IMG/VR virus record: IMGVR_UViG_2687453538_000001
Location: 1-64,000 of that record
DNA: 64,000 nt
Direction: 5' to 3' (one strand)
Origin: a virus
Taxonomy: Duplodnaviria; Caudoviricetes
A model generated the notes under the pieces. The model was not told the origin of the DNA, did no database searches, and worked only from the letters and a program-made list of their open reading frames with translations. Shown piece by piece: positions 47,176-56,459 of this stretch. Each line of letters starts with the position of its first letter. Within the stretch, counting starts at the first letter, position 1. The position numbers and the translations under genes are program-made.

Positions 47176-48027
47176 ATGGCGAAGTCGTTCAAGCAAATGA
47201 TCAAGGATGGCGAGGTGCGACGCGCCGACGCCATGAAGGTACAGCTGGAGGATCTTCACGAAGAACCCGGCTTCAACCTTCGCACCGAGGGTGAAGCGCT
47301 CGAGTCGAGCATCGACTCCCTTGCAGAGTTCATCGCCGCAGGTGGCCAAATTCCACCGCTGGAGGTTCGCCCTCGCGCAGAGGGCGGCGTCTGGCTTGTA
47401 GATGGTCACCGCCGCCGTCGAGCGCTGCTGAAGCTGGACGCAGCAGGCCGTCTACCAAGAACGCCGAACAAGGAAAACCCGGCGATTCTCGAAGCTTGGG
47501 TGCCGGTAATCGCATTTGAAGGAAGCGATGCAGATCGGGTCGCACGCATCATCACCAGCCAGGAGAACGAAAAGCTCTCCCCTCTTGAGCTGGCCGAGGG
47601 TTACAAGCGACTGAGGTCATTTGGCTGGTCAGTCGAGCAGATCGCGAAGAAGGTTGCTAAGACCAGGCAGCATGTCGAGCAGGTACTCACTGTCGGCAAC
47701 GCTAACACCGACGTGCAGAACCTTGTCGCCGCTGGGCATGTATCGGCAACCACTGCAGCTCAGGTGGTACGGGAACACGGCGACGGTGCAGGAACAGTAC
47801 TGGACGCGGAGTTGAAGAAAGTCCAGGCCAGCGGCAAGACGAAGGTCACCGCAGGCTCAATCAAAGGCCCCTCGATTCCAAAACCCCGCCTCGAAGCTGT
47901 TCACACAGCATCGCGCAATTTGATTGCATCGCTTGATGCAATCGACGAAGACAACAGAAGCCTCACCATTTCCACCGCACTCGTCATCGAGCTGCGCAAG
48001 GCATTGGAAAGCGCGCAACCGAGATAA
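47176..48027 (+). CDS. ParB-like domain protein
   Basis: GFNLR, VDGHRR, LSPLELA + HTH. Confidence 0.85.
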   Translation: MAKSFKQMIKDGEVRRADAMKVQLEDLHEEPGFNLRTEGEALESSIDSLAEFIAAGGQIPPLEVRPRAEGGVWLVDGHRRRRALLKLDAAGRLPRTPNKENPAILEAWVPVIAFEGSDADRVARIITSQENEKLSPLELAEGYKRLRSFGWSVEQIAKKVAKTRQHVEQVLTVGNANTDVQNLVAAGHVSATTAAQVVREHGDGAGTVLDAELKKVQASGKTKVTAGSIKGPSIPKPRLEAVHTASRNLIASLDAIDEDNRSLTISTALVIELRKALESAQPR

Positions 48028-48030
48028 CCC

Positions 48031-48414
48031 ATGGATACGATCACAAGCGGCTCTTGGATGGGCCACCTTGGGCGCGGTCTTGCGCCTCGCGAGCTGGAAT
48101 GCGTTCTCGATGTCGCCCAAGGCATGACGTCGAAGCAAATCGCCCGACACTTCGGCATCAGCGAGGGCGGTGTCGAGAAGCGCATCGCCGCTGCAATGTT
48201 CAAGCTCGACGTACCCCGCCGGGCTGCCCTGGTTGCCGAGGCCATGCGCCGAAACATTATCAGCCCGATGTGCTTCCTCCTCGTCGCTCTGGTCGCCACT
48301 CACGCCGCAATCGGCGACAGCGACCCAATGCGCCGCGATCGCCGAGTACCCGAACGCCGGATCGCCCAGGTCCGTGTCCTCCGCAAAGCCGAGTCATTCG
48401 ACTACCACGCCTGA
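48031..48414 (+). CDS. LuxR-type HTH regulator
   Basis: LAPRELEC..GMTSKQIA..KLDV. Confidence 0.82.
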   Translation: MDTITSGSWMGHLGRGLAPRELECVLDVAQGMTSKQIARHFGISEGGVEKRIAAAMFKLDVPRRAALVAEAMRRNIISPMCFLLVALVATHAAIGDSDPMRRDRRVPERRIAQVRVLRKAESFDYHA

Positions 48415-48434
48415 TTCCCCACGAGGAACATCCC

Positions 48435-48701
48435 ATGCACCACTCCATGCAACAGCGCGTGGACGGCCTGGCCGCCCTGCGTGCACGCTCTCTCATGGCT
48501 ACTGCCGAGTTCTACGGGTTGATTGGCCTGCCAGCTCCTACCGCTCGCCCTCTGTACCAGGCGGTCGCCAAGGGCAAGGCCTGGCACATCATTGAGGTCG
48601 CCACCGGCAAGACCAAAGGCTTCTGCTTCAGTCACCAGGCGGCCATGCGATTTGTTGATGCGATGGAGGCCGGTGCCGCCACCAAAGGCGTGCGGCAATG
48701 A
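48435..48701 (+). CDS. Hypothetical phage protein
   Basis: GAGGA RBS; homolog at 642..911. Confidence 0.65.
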   Translation: MHHSMQQRVDGLAALRARSLMATAEFYGLIGLPAPTARPLYQAVAKGKAWHIIEVATGKTKGFCFSHQAAMRFVDAMEAGAATKGVRQ

Positions 48702-49156
48702 GCAAGCGCAAACCCCACAACATGCGGGCGCGCCTGGAGCGAACCTGTCGGGCACTGGTTTCCGCCAATCATACAGCCGTGGTCAACATCGACCCCAGCG
48801 GCCAGCAGGTGCTGATCAATTGGAAGAACCTCAAGCAGATCCGCGTGCGCCAGGTCGTCGACGCCGTCTGCGACATCCCTCACCGCTGGACCATCTACTT
48901 GAGCGTGCTTTGCCGGACTGAATTCGGCGAGCGTTACCACAAATCGGTTGAGGTCGCGCCCCAAGGCAACTACCGAGCCGATCACCTCACCGAGGTGATC
49001 GAAGCCACCTACACCGAGTTGCGCGCCACCGCCAATCCAAACCACCTGGTGGCCTCCGGCTGGATCGCCATCCCCACCGACACAACGCTCGACGAAGCAG
49101 AGGCAGCCAAGATCTTCACCTCCGCCGGAGCCTGGGATCAGCAGACAGCAGCATGA
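48698..49156 (+). CDS. Hypothetical phage protein
   Basis: ATGA coupling; truncated homolog in remnant. Confidence 0.7.
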   Translation: MSKRKPHNMRARLERTCRALVSANHTAVVNIDPSGQQVLINWKNLKQIRVRQVVDAVCDIPHRWTIYLSVLCRTEFGERYHKSVEVAPQGNYRADHLTEVIEATYTELRATANPNHLVASGWIAIPTDTTLDEAEAAKIFTSAGAWDQQTAA

Positions 49157-49246
49157 AACGCATCAGCGAGGGTATCTGGCACGGATGACCCCGACTCTAT
49201 GTTAATCCGTCGCACAGGCCGATTATAATAAAATTGCTCAGTGTGC

Positions 49247-50083
49247 TTACCATTTTATAAGCCCACAGTTCCTCAAGTGAGCATCGCCTACTCGCTTGGG
49301 GCAGTTTGTGAATAGCGAGTATTGCTCCATCAATTCCTTCAGTCTTTGCCCGTCGTCACTTATACCATAAAGCAACACACACTCTACTTCGGCCGGCGTA
49401 AGCAGAGACTTGATAATCAACACGTATCGCTCTTTCAATACCGCGTCATCTAAATCACACCCATCGACGTATGACAGTAACTGCTCTAAAATAGTGAAGA
49501 ATTTTAGTCCATTCTCTTGAGCAGCCGCCAACATTTTGTTCGCGTGCTCCCTAAACAAAAATTCTCTCTCTCGCCTAGTTAAATTACCTTTTGACTCGTT
49601 GAAAACCCAGTCAATCCTATCAACGTTGTATTTAAAAGAAAGCCTCTGCGCCACAGCAATCCCAGTGAACACTCTCTGTTCTTCATAGAGGCTCATTGTT
49701 TCTAGCGCTTTAGAGTACAGATCAATCAAACCAAAAAATACAGACTCAAAGCTTTGCTGCTTGAATATTTTCGTCTGTTCCTTCTGCATCGAGATAGCTG
49801 CACTTGCCTCTGAGCGAGCCTCCTTAACCTCCTCAGACTGATATTTTAGGCTTTTCACAACAGCAATCAAAGCCATGAAGCTTAGTACAGGATTCAGCAC
49901 GCCACCCACATAATCACCAAACTGCCCCCACACTTCTTTACTTGAAGAAAACCAACCAAAAAAATTTACAACGTACGCACTAATTACAACAACAACAAAA
50001 ACTCCAGCACATGTAATCATCATCAAGCTAAAGTCTAACTTTAGCTTTGTAAACGCCGCTTTGAGACTTTGATGTATATCCAT
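49247..50083 (-). CDS. Putative abortive-infection membrane protein
   Basis: TM-WGQFGDYVGGVLNP-TM, QSFESVFF, C-terminal helical domain; AT-rich. Confidence 0.7.
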   Translation of the reverse strand: MDIHQSLKAAFTKLKLDFSLMMITCAGVFVVVVISAYVVNFFGWFSSSKEVWGQFGDYVGGVLNPVLSFMALIAVVKSLKYQSEEVKEARSEASAAISMQKEQTKIFKQQSFESVFFGLIDLYSKALETMSLYEEQRVFTGIAVAQRLSFKYNVDRIDWVFNESKGNLTRREREFLFREHANKMLAAAQENGLKFFTILEQLLSYVDGCDLDDAVLKERYVLIIKSLLTPAEVECVLLYGISDDGQRLKELMEQYSLFTNCPKRVGDAHLRNCGLIKW

Positions 50084-50189
50084 CTTTTCCGCCTAACCCT
50101 TAGCTTTCCGCCTTAAACCAATCATCCTAAACCAAATTGCCACCATGCCGCATCCGGCCACGGAGGGCGGCGCATTCATGGAGATCACC

Positions 50190-50576
50190 ATGAGTACATT
50201 CGCAGTGTTCGGCATGACCGCCGCAGCAGCGCTTGCCGATGCCCGGAAGAAAACCAAGACCACCAAGCCCAGCGGGAAAGCTGGCTGCCCCCCCTTGGAC
50301 CTTACCCTGGCCGAGTGGGAAGAGGCGGTGCAGCGCAACGTCGAGGCAATCATGGTCGGCGAGAAAGTCAAGCAGCTCAGCGTCCTCTACGACACCCCGC
50401 AGCACGCGCAGCAGTTCATCGAGCTCGCCAAGCGATCGGGCGCCTACCGCGACCTGAAGATTCGCTGCAAGGCCGCCTTGCTCGACGAAAAGGGCAAAAA
50501 GATCCTCAGCCCCAAGACCAAGATGCCCGTTATCGGCTGGATGGACTGGAATGCTGAAATGCATAAGGCAGCCTGA
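50190..50576 (+). CDS. Hypothetical phage protein
   Basis: GGAG RBS; phage-like codon usage. Confidence 0.65.
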   Translation: MSTFAVFGMTAAAALADARKKTKTTKPSGKAGCPPLDLTLAEWEEAVQRNVEAIMVGEKVKQLSVLYDTPQHAQQFIELAKRSGAYRDLKIRCKAALLDEKGKKILSPKTKMPVIGWMDWNAEMHKAA

Positions 50577-50602
50577 TCGCTTGATTAGATTCCCAGATGG
50601 GG

Positions 50603-51310
50603 CTAGGCATCCCCCGCCTGATTGGCTTGAGCAGTATCTATTGCCACCCGCTCAACCTCAAATATCAGAGAGTTAGCAAGCTCAATGACAGCGTGCACTT
50701 CAGCAACGGTTGGCTGCACGTCATGATGCGCATAGTTATTACGGTAAACGCCGTAAAAACCACTCAGTAAATTGCGGTAAGCGGTCTTCCTTGGGCCATC
50801 CAAATTTGTGAGAACTGATCCACCGCCGAATATAGTATTAACAAGCTCATCGCCATCTATATTCTGCGCAACTAAAAATCTTTGCCTAAGATGACTAGAA
50901 AGAATTGGGAAAACTTGCCTTATCGCGGCCGCATGGTGCCCGCCATCCAGTAGAGGTATGACGCCCTCCCTCAAGCGCCCGTGCAGGCGCACGGCCTGAT
51001 CTTCCAAGGCGAATAGCGAGGCGAACCCACTGGGCATATCACTGTAGATAATGTCCTTGATATCGCTGAAGCATGAATCTTTGAATCCCTGATTCAATCT
51101 CAACTCTATGAACCAGAGGTGACGACCGATATTGCCGAAAGCCCTTGGTTCAACGCCATTTAGCGTCAACAGCCTGTCCACCTCGACCTGCAGGGAAGTG
51201 TATTTTTCATAAAGCTCTGGAGGCTCCGAAAACTCCCAGCTCCGATGCATATCGAGTGCAATCTCATATGCTAATTGATATTGCCGAATCGCCGCCGTCA
51301 AAGCGCTCAT
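50603..51310 (-). CDS. TIGR02391-like protein with RxxxxH motif
   Basis: LH..L...GH..A..LR..DG.ELV..F..G....YRNNYAH. Confidence 0.72.
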   Translation of the reverse strand: MSALTAAIRQYQLAYEIALDMHRSWEFSEPPELYEKYTSLQVEVDRLLTLNGVEPRAFGNIGRHLWFIELRLNQGFKDSCFSDIKDIIYSDMPSGFASLFALEDQAVRLHGRLREGVIPLLDGGHHAAAIRQVFPILSSHLRQRFLVAQNIDGDELVNTIFGGGSVLTNLDGPRKTAYRNLLSGFYGVYRNNYAHHDVQPTVAEVHAVIELANSLIFEVERVAIDTAQANQAGDA

Positions 51311-51364
51311 GTCGTATCCCTGTGATTTGAATCCTGCTATCAGCATATCCGCGAAGGTATCCCC

Positions 51365-51976
51365 ATGCCCACAGAAAACCGATCCAGCAACACAGAGATG
51401 GTCAGCGTGCCGCGCGAGCATGAACTGAAAATTCGACAGACCCCGCTGGCTGACTTGCTCAGCGGCCTCAAGACCGGCGAGGTCCGGGATTGCTCGGATC
51501 GTAATTTCGCCGTGGGCGACACGGTTCTGCTCCGCGAGATCGATGATGCCCTCGACTACACCGGCACGGTTCTACGCCGGACTATCACCCATGTCCAAAA
51601 GCACTATGGCCTGCCGGATCACTTGTGCGTGCTGAGCTACGGCCAGCCAGCCCAGCACCAGGGCGAGCCGGTGGGCGAAGTCGTGGTATTCGGCAAGGGT
51701 CTGCATGAGATTGCTTGGGCTGCTGGGCGCATGCCAAGGCTCGGTGCCAAGCTCTACACCCACCCAGCGCCAGCAGATCCTGGCGAGCCTGAGCGGCTGC
51801 GAGCTGCTTTGAAGTTCTACGCCGACCGGGACCACTTCGCTGAAGACATTGGCAACGAATGGGACAGCGTGAGCGGCGAGCCCGCGAACATCCTCTGGCA
51901 CGAACATGAAGCTTGGTTTGTGGAGGATGGCTCGATTGCCAGGGCTGCGTTGTCGGAAAACTCCGAGGCGGGCTAA
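51365..51976 (+). CDS. DUF3850/ASCH-like domain protein
   Basis: HELKI..SGLKTGEVR..DRNFAVGD.VLLRE..YTG. Confidence 0.78.
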   Translation: MPTENRSSNTEMVSVPREHELKIRQTPLADLLSGLKTGEVRDCSDRNFAVGDTVLLREIDDALDYTGTVLRRTITHVQKHYGLPDHLCVLSYGQPAQHQGEPVGEVVVFGKGLHEIAWAAGRMPRLGAKLYTHPAPADPGEPERLRAALKFYADRDHFAEDIGNEWDSVSGEPANILWHEHEAWFVEDGSIARAALSENSEAG

Positions 51977-52010
51977 GGGTGAAAATCGCAGGTCCCTCTG
52001 CGATATCGGA

Positions 52011-52214
52011 TCACACTGGCAAGGAAGGCTGATCTCTTTGTCTCAAAAATTTGACCCAAGCGTCGTATGAACTCTGATACCAGCCAACAGCATCATCCCA
52101 GTCCACACCGCTCACCTCGCCTTTACCAACCAAGTGCCTAAGCCTGGAATTAGAAGCATCTAGATCAAGTAGGTGCCGATGGGACATGTAGCGAAAATCT
52201 TCATTGCTTAGCAT
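52011..52214 (-). CDS. Small hypothetical moron
   Basis: Similar to 52916..53128. Confidence 0.55.
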   Translation of the reverse strand: MLSNEDFRYMSHRHLLDLDASNSRLRHLVGKGEVSGVDWDDAVGWYQSSYDAWVKFLRQRDQPSLPV

Positions 52215-52460
52215 TGGACTGGTGTCCTGAAGGGCTGGCTCGAGGATACGTGCCGATGTCCCTATGCCATGATTGTGGCACCAAATCGAGGCGCGCAGTG
52301 CGGAATTCCAACAATTCGGACGATTCGGAGGATTAGCATCGAGCACATGTTTACTACATCCCGCAGTAACTTCTCTCCCTCTATTCACTGCCGCGATATC
52401 GCAGCCAGTAGGGGCTGGCTCAGTGTCAGAGCCTGTTCCAGCCCCAGGGTGACGACAGCT

Positions 52461-52760
52461 CTACCCAGCAGACGCTTTGGATGTGACGGCAGGCAAGCCT
52501 TCCGTAGCAATCCGGCGCGCCCGCCCGACACCCCAAGCCATAGCACGGGTCATCGACTCGCCAGGACGGGAGTCAAACGCCTCCTCATGCACCGCCATGC
52601 CTTGAGGTGCATAAACGCCGATGAACATTTGTGTTTGCCCTGTGCGTGAAAGCCTCACCTGGACATCAATATGCGTTCCATCGTCGAGTGTTTCGTCATG
52701 AGTACGGTGGTGAAGCGCTGGATCTGCCCAATCCCAGAACACATTTCCACGAACTCGCAT
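52461..52760 (-). CDS. Hypothetical moron
   Basis: AAGGAGG RBS; 99 aa. Confidence 0.7.
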   Translation of the reverse strand: MRVRGNVFWDWADPALHHRTHDETLDDGTHIDVQVRLSRTGQTQMFIGVYAPQGMAVHEEAFDSRPGESMTRAMAWGVGRARRIATEGLPAVTSKASAG

Positions 52761-52871
52761 GTGACCCTCCTTAACTTCTTAGCTTTCATCCATTAGAGGG
52801 TCAAAATAAATCGCACAAAAAAAAGCTACAAGTGACTTAGATCAGCAATCTCTTACGAATCGACAGCCGGT

Positions 52872-52910
52872 ATAAAGTTATACAAATGTATCTCTTTTGT
52901 ATAACTTTAT
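52872..52910. repeat. Perfect 15-bp AT-rich inverted repeat, 9-bp spacer
   Basis: ATAAAGTTATACAAA-TGTATCTCT-TTTGTATAACTTTAT. Confidence 0.9.
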
Positions 52911-52915
52911 TGGGG

Positions 52916-53128
52916 CTAAGAAGAGCGCTTCTGCACTTTCGTTTCAGCTGTAAGCGAATCAGCAAATTCGATCCAAGCGTTGAACGCAGCACGCTGCGCG
53001 TCGCATGCAGCTTGCCATTCCGGCCCTCCCAAGCGCCCGTAAGCTACCTGATTCATGGTGGTTGATGTGAGCGAATCAAGCTCCCGTAGCAATTTGTAAG
53101 CACGATATCTTTTTTCTATATCCGGCAT
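52916..53128 (-). CDS. Small hypothetical moron
   Basis: Similar to 52011..52214. Confidence 0.6.
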   Translation of the reverse strand: MPDIEKRYRAYKLLRELDSLTSTTMNQVAYGRLGGPEWQAACDAQRAAFNAWIEFADSLTAETKVQKRSS

Positions 53129-53368
53129 GGTCTTTTATCCATTTTGCATAGCAAGGATTTGAGCCTTCCAAGACTTCTGCCCGGTGGACCTCCCCTGGTC
53201 TCACTTATTTCGTCCGATATTAACTAATCCGCCGAATGGCGGCGAGGCGAAGCTATGTCTCAAGCATTTCCATACAAACAACGAGCGCCAGCTCTCCCCC
53301 CACGAAACCCAACCCGAACCTACACCCGCTGCCGCGCCTGCGGCATGGATTTATGAGAGGTATCAGCT

Positions 53369-53656
53369 GTGAAGAAATCCACCGAATTTCTGCAGGCCGC
53401 CATCGACGTGCAGGCCGAGCGCGGGAAGCAGTACGACGCGCCTGGCGGTGAGCGCAGCATGGGTCGCACCGTCAAGGCATTCAACGCTATCACCGGCCGG
53501 GACCTCACCGAGGCCGAAGGCTGGCTGCTGCTGCAGGTGCTGAAGGATGTGCGTCAGTGGCAAAACCCTGACAAGTTCCACGAGGACAGCGCGCTGGATG
53601 GCGTGGCGTATTCCTCACTGAAAGCTGAGGCGCTGGCCGCAGGTGGTGCGAAATGA
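53369..53656 (+). CDS. DUF6378-like phage protein
   Basis: ERGKQYD..LK.VR..HEDSALDGVAY. Confidence 0.7.
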   Translation: MKKSTEFLQAAIDVQAERGKQYDAPGGERSMGRTVKAFNAITGRDLTEAEGWLLLQVLKDVRQWQNPDKFHEDSALDGVAYSSLKAEALAAGGAK

Positions 53657-53672
53657 TCGCAAGGGGGCTGCG

Positions 53673-53873
53673 GTGAACAGCCACCAGTACCAGCCGTTCT
53701 CTGCTCGGGGCTTCGGTAGCTGGCACACCTGCAGCGTCTGCGGAACATCGAAGCACAGCGGCTACTACTGGCTTGGCGGCTACAAGAGCAAGACCGAGCC
53801 GCCCTGCATCGCCTGGAAGATCGACCCAGAGTGGAAGGCCCAGGCCATCCCCGCGCCGATCACCGAAGCATAA
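53673..53873 (+). CDS. Small Zn-ribbon-like protein
   Basis: H..HTCSVCG..PPC. Confidence 0.5.
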   Translation: MNSHQYQPFSARGFGSWHTCSVCGTSKHSGYYWLGGYKSKTEPPCIAWKIDPEWKAQAIPAPITEA

Positions 53874-53924
53874 CCCTCCCCAACAACTCAAGCCCGCCAC
53901 GCGCGGGCATGGAGAGCTATTGCC

Positions 53925-54476
53925 ATGATCATCGATGACGTTATGACCGACAAAATCACGCTTCACGGCCTGGGCTTCGTACAGGTCCAGTTGCAGGGCG
54001 ACCAGCGCCTGCATGTGTGGCACCCCGAGCTGCCCCGCCGCAGCTGCTTCGAGCACTCGGCAATCCACGACCACCGCTTCAACTTCGTATCGCGGATTTT
54101 GGTCGGGAAACAGATCAACCACTGCTACGACATGCGCCGCCTGGATGACGGTGAATTCGTTCTCTATCTGCACGAAGGCGCGCGGCAGGCTGGCGGCGGT
54201 AGACCGTGGACCCCAGACGGCAGGGCCAACATGGTGCACCACTCGACCTGCACCATTGCCGCGGGCGATGTGTACACCACCAGGGCCTACGAGTACCACC
54301 GGACCGAGCCGGGCGGTGACGGCCGAGTGGCCACCATCATGCAGAAGCGCGGCGAATACCCAGCCGGCGCCCACTCCACCTGCCGCTACGGCGTGCAGCC
54401 CGACACAGACTTCGACCGCTATCAATGGCCCGCAGCGCGACTCTGGGAAGTCGTGCGCGAAGTGCTGCTGGCCTGA
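53925..54476 (+). CDS. Cupin-fold hypothetical protein
   Basis: RLHVW..IHDHRFNF.S..YH metal-binding pattern. Confidence 0.65.
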   Translation: MIIDDVMTDKITLHGLGFVQVQLQGDQRLHVWHPELPRRSCFEHSAIHDHRFNFVSRILVGKQINHCYDMRRLDDGEFVLYLHEGARQAGGGRPWTPDGRANMVHHSTCTIAAGDVYTTRAYEYHRTEPGGDGRVATIMQKRGEYPAGAHSTCRYGVQPDTDFDRYQWPAARLWEVVREVLLA

Positions 54477-54515
54477 TTACCGTACTGCCGCCACCGGCGG
54501 CGTGGAGACCATCCC

Positions 54516-54761
54516 ATGGAAACCGAGATCCTTTCGGACGAAGAGCTGGTGGTGATCACCGGCTACAAACCCCGGGCGTGGCAGCGCCGCTGGTTGAAAG
54601 AAAAAGGCTGGCATTTCGTCGAGAGCCGCGGAGGCCGCCCCCTCGTTGGTCGCCTGTACGCCCGCCAGAAGCTCAGCGGTCTGGTGATCGACACTGTGCC
54701 GGTCGCTGCAGCTCCGCCGCCATCGCCAGCCTGGACCCCTGATTTTTCCCGAGTAAAGTGA
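54516..54761 (+). CDS. xis: Excisionase (DUF4224-like)
   Basis: LSDEEL..ITGYK....QRRWL..GRP.V; directly before int. Confidence 0.85.
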   Translation: METEILSDEELVVITGYKPRAWQRRWLKEKGWHFVESRGGRPLVGRLYARQKLSGLVIDTVPVAAAPPPSPAWTPDFSRVK

Positions 54762-54762
54762 A

Positions 54763-55812
54763 ATGCGCCCAAGGAAGACCGAGAATCGCGACCTGCCACC
54801 AGGCATGTATCGTCGCAAAAGACAAAAAGCCAATGGCAAGGTGTGGGAGGCTCTGTACTACAGGGACAAGTCGGGCAAGGACATTTTCCTTGGCAGTGAC
54901 CTGGTGAAGGCCAAGCTGATGTGGGCAGAGCTCGAAGCCAAGTCGGTACCGAAAGAACTGACAACGATGAAAGGGATCTTCGACGAGTACCTGTTGAAGA
55001 TCATCCCAGGCAAGGCCGCCAGGACCCAGAAAGACAACATCTACGAGCTTAAGCAACTGCGCACTGTGTTCGATTCGGCGCCGATCGATGCAATCACGCC
55101 GGCCATGATCGCGCAATACCGCGACTCAAGGTCGGCCAAAACTAGAGCGAACAGGGAAATCGCACTGCTCTCGCACGTTTTCAACACCGCAAGGGAATGG
55201 GGGCTCACCACCCGGGACAACCCGTGCCTGGGCGTGAGGAAGAACAAGGAGAAACCGCGCGACTTCTATGCCAACGAAGCGGTGTGGCAGGCGGTATATG
55301 AGGAGGCCCCACAGGAGCTTAAGGATGCGATGGACCTGGCGTACCTGACCGGCCAGCGGCCATCGGACGTTCTGTCCATGCGAAAGGACGATATGGACGG
55401 GATCTACCTGCAGGTCAGCCAAGGCAAGACCGGCAAGCGACTGAGGATCGTCCTGGAGGTGGACGGAGCGAAGAACAGTCTTGGGCTGCTGCTGGAGCGG
55501 ATTATGCGCAGGACCAGCGAGCACCTGTCGCCGTTCTTCATCATCAACGAGCACGGCAAGCGCATGAGCTGGCCGATGTTGCGCAACCGGTGGGCGGACG
55601 CCCGGGAGGCCGCCAGGGTGAAAGCTGACGTCGAGAAGAAGCCAGACCTAGCAAACCGAATCGCCCAGTTCCAGTTCCGAGATATCCGACCGAAGGCGGC
55701 CTCGGAGATAAACGATCTGGGCGAGGCAAGCGTGCTGCTGGGGCACTCCAAAGAGGGAATCACGGAGCGTGTCTATCGCCGTGTTGGGGCTATCGCGAAG
55801 CCCTCGAAATAG
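54763..55812 (+). CDS. int: Phage tyrosine integrase
   Basis: TGQR, KTG, FRDIRPK, LLGH, VY; adjacent to att. Confidence 0.95.
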   Translation: MRPRKTENRDLPPGMYRRKRQKANGKVWEALYYRDKSGKDIFLGSDLVKAKLMWAELEAKSVPKELTTMKGIFDEYLLKIIPGKAARTQKDNIYELKQLRTVFDSAPIDAITPAMIAQYRDSRSAKTRANREIALLSHVFNTAREWGLTTRDNPCLGVRKNKEKPRDFYANEAVWQAVYEEAPQELKDAMDLAYLTGQRPSDVLSMRKDDMDGIYLQVSQGKTGKRLRIVLEVDGAKNSLGLLLERIMRRTSEHLSPFFIINEHGKRMSWPMLRNRWADAREAARVKADVEKKPDLANRIAQFQFRDIRPKAASEINDLGEASVLLGHSKEGITERVYRRVGAIAKPSK

Positions 55813-55815
55813 GAA

Positions 55816-55849
55816 AGTTTTGGGACTGCACCCAAATAGTTTTGGGACT
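55816..55849. repeat. Putative arm-type sites, right end of element 2
   Basis: AGTTTTGGGACT at 55816-55827 and 55838-55849. Confidence 0.75.
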
Positions 55850-55872
55850 ATCGAGATTTTCCGGCGCACAAA

Positions 55873-55906
55873 TAAAAACCCCGCAGACGTTAATCTGCGG
55901 GGTTTT
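55873..55906 (-). terminator. Intrinsic terminator downstream of tRNA-Cys 3' fragment
   Basis: AAAACCCCGCAGA-loop-TCTGCGGGGTTTT hairpin. Confidence 0.85.
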
Positions 55907-55913
55907 CGAAGAG

Positions 55914-55961
55914 TGGAGGCCGAGGTCGGAATCGAACCGGCGTAGACGGATTTGCAATCCG
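55914..55961 (-). repeat. att core: 3' half of tRNA-Cys(GCA), junction of elements 2 and 3
   Basis: Identical to 3341-3384 and extends through the anticodon stem; D-arm and 5' acceptor strand absent. Confidence 0.93.
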
Positions 55962-56087
55962 GTCGTAGACCCAGGGAAATCGGTGGTTGTAGGCTGAAAG
56001 CACCGGAATACCTGGTCTACGCCTTAAGTTCTTGTGCTGGCTGTTCATGCCTATTTGGGACAACCAGTGTCCCAGGTTTGTCCCTCG

Positions 56088-56459
56088 TCAGGCCGGGCGA
56101 CCGATCACCAGAACCTCGATCACATCGCCGGATGCCGCAGCTTCGTTCGGTCCATCACTCAGCAGCAGCGTACCCTTGTTGCGCTTGCCGGTCAGCTCGA
56201 CTGTGGTGGTGGTCACCGTGCCAGGCACAGCGAAGTACCCTCGGTTGGCAACGAACCGGCTGCTGTTCACTACCAGCGGCGGAGAAACGTACGGTGCTGG
56301 GAATGTCAGCGTCACCGCCCCGCCCGCGCCCAAAGTCGCTTGGAGCTTGATCGCTGTCACGCCAGCCTGAGCCATGGCCATGTTCATCTGCCCCACGGTT
56401 GGGCTCTGCTGAGCCCTTGCCATCGCCCGGCGTGCCTGGTGGTTCGGCGAGGTGATCAT
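56088..56459 (-). CDS. Hypothetical (possibly virion) protein
   Basis: ATGA coupling; VTLTFPAPY..PP.V beta-sandwich-like pattern. Confidence 0.55.
   Translation of the reverse strand: MITSPNHQARRAMARAQQSPTVGQMNMAMAQAGVTAIKLQATLGAGGAVTLTFPAPYVSPPLVVNSSRFVANRGYFAVPGTVTTTTVELTGKRNKGTLLLSDGPNEAAASGDVIEVLVIGRPA

Larger units (their letters stand above)
3385..55957. mobile_element. Apparently complete lambdoid siphoprophage (~52.6 kb, element 2)
   Basis: Flanked by tRNA-Cys direct repeats; carries head, tail, lysis, immunity, replication and int/xis modules. Confidence 0.95.

Noticed and set aside
53505-54425. 306-aa minus-strand ORF
   Set aside because: Overlaps three better-supported plus-strand genes that have RBSs.
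55914-55961. Functional tRNA-Cys gene
   Set aside because: Similarity stops after the anticodon stem and the adjacent sequence does not rebuild the D-arm or acceptor stem.
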